In this document: positions 62,835 through 64,000 of the stretch, piece after piece
How positions within the stretch are numbered: the first letter of the stretch is position 1
Layout: each line of letters starts with the position of its first letter
NCBI RefSeq assembly: GCF_024521635.1
Contig: NW_026250429.1
Coordinates: 62,001 to 126,000, forward strand
Direction: 5' to 3'
Source: Tricharina praecox
Taxonomy: Eukaryota
DNA: 64,000 nt
Made by a program: the position numbers and the translations under genes
Notes under the pieces: generated by a model
The model's input: the letters and a program-made list of their open reading frames with translations, nothing else
The model's database searches: none
Told to the model about the DNA's origin: nothing

Positions 62835-64000
62835 TGTTGCAGTGGGGGTAGTGGATATTGCTGTTGGTGGTTGTTGTTTGGATTGAGAATATCGCAGTTG
62901 GTGGCACCGTGGTTGTTGTGTAGATGGAGGATATTGTGGATAGTAGTTGTTGTGTGGAAGGAGGATGTAAGAGTTCGGGACGTTGACGGATTTATGTGAT
63001 AGATAGTAGCCTATGTACTTGAACGGTAGAAGAAATCACGTGGATTGAAATCAAAATACATAACTAAACATTCTATGTTTGGTCTTCATTATAAAATCCG
63101 TCATCGCATTCAGACGTCTGCGAACATTCTCACCTATGTCGAGCATGTGCGCAATTACAGATGCCATCACTCGCATAAACGAGTGATTACTCATGCCGAG
63201 TTGCTCTTGGTTCGATTATAGTCGAATGGACTGATCCCCTCTTGACAAAGGGATGAGTCTCACGAGACATTAATGACTATACATTGTACTACTAGTGTAT
63301 CGGTTTTCACTATTGCCCTACCGGGACTCCATGCCACGAATCTATCATAGCGCATTAGCAACTAGGTACCCCATTCTCTGCCGATGAGTACAAAAACAGT
63401 CTTACCACTGGTCTCCTCCATTGATGACACTTTCTCAGCGAGCTTCCTGGTGGTATAACCAACAGCTGGAACTACCCAATCTGCGTGTTCGGAGCCTGAG
63501 TTTCATGCTGAGCTTTTAACTGCAGTGCAGCCGTACGATTGTGTCCACATAGAGTAATCCCACCAATACTGAAGAATGTGCCCGCTAGTAAATATTCCTA
63601 TGGGGCCACCCCGAGATTCCTCCTTTCCTTCGATTCCAAGCTGAGATCATTTCTGTAGAGTATCGAAAGGACACCGTGTGATAGCCTAACCGCATCGCGT
63701 CTAGTGTCATCCTTGTTCAGACGTCATCACACCCTGTCCCACCAACCTGTATCTAATCTATCATACGATCGCATCTTATCTTATCGTACCCCACGGGATG
63801 TACTCGTCACAACGGGCGACTCAAGCAACTACATAATGTACTCATCCGATTTCATCATACCTCTATTCGCCCACTTATCTGATCGAAATGAAGGTGCGGA
63901 GAGAAGAGATAGGCTTGACATTCCTACGGACAGGTTGCAACGTTGGAAAGGTCATCGCTTACTAAATACCACGTGGACTCAACCAAGTTCCAATAGCTCT

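Noticed and set aside
1..64000. Starship captain, Helitron Rep/helicase or DDE transposase gene
   Set aside because: No such ORF or motif was recognised; the only TE coding relics are LINE 3' ends.

Overview
Eukaryotic, intron-containing DNA from a filamentous ascomycete (GT..CTRAC..YAG introns). The gene families suggest Pezizomycetes, which is an inference. The window is gene-poor and repeat-rich. Recognisable genes: a rhamnogalacturonan acetylesterase, a two-WSC-domain secreted protein, a vWA-domain protein, a tyrosine/dual-specificity phosphatase, a LaeA-like SAM methyltransferase, a CRIB-like-motif protein, two paralogous small RING-like proteins, a tail-anchored membrane protein and a disrupted HeLo/SesA-like + ankyrin gene. 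Also present are LINE 3' relics, MITE-like elements and minisatellites. Two observations stand out. (1) A complete type III hammerhead ribozyme (45478-45539) appears to lie between the branch point and 3' splice site of a predicted intron of a small spliced transcript. (2) A dispersed 'cassette' family of about 7 copies has conserved 5' (21-bp array + TATA/CT-rich header) and 3' (palindromic/hairpin) modules around variable cargo; one copy carries a captured fragment of GTP cyclohydrolase II (RIB1). All calls were made by eye and repeat boundaries are approximate.
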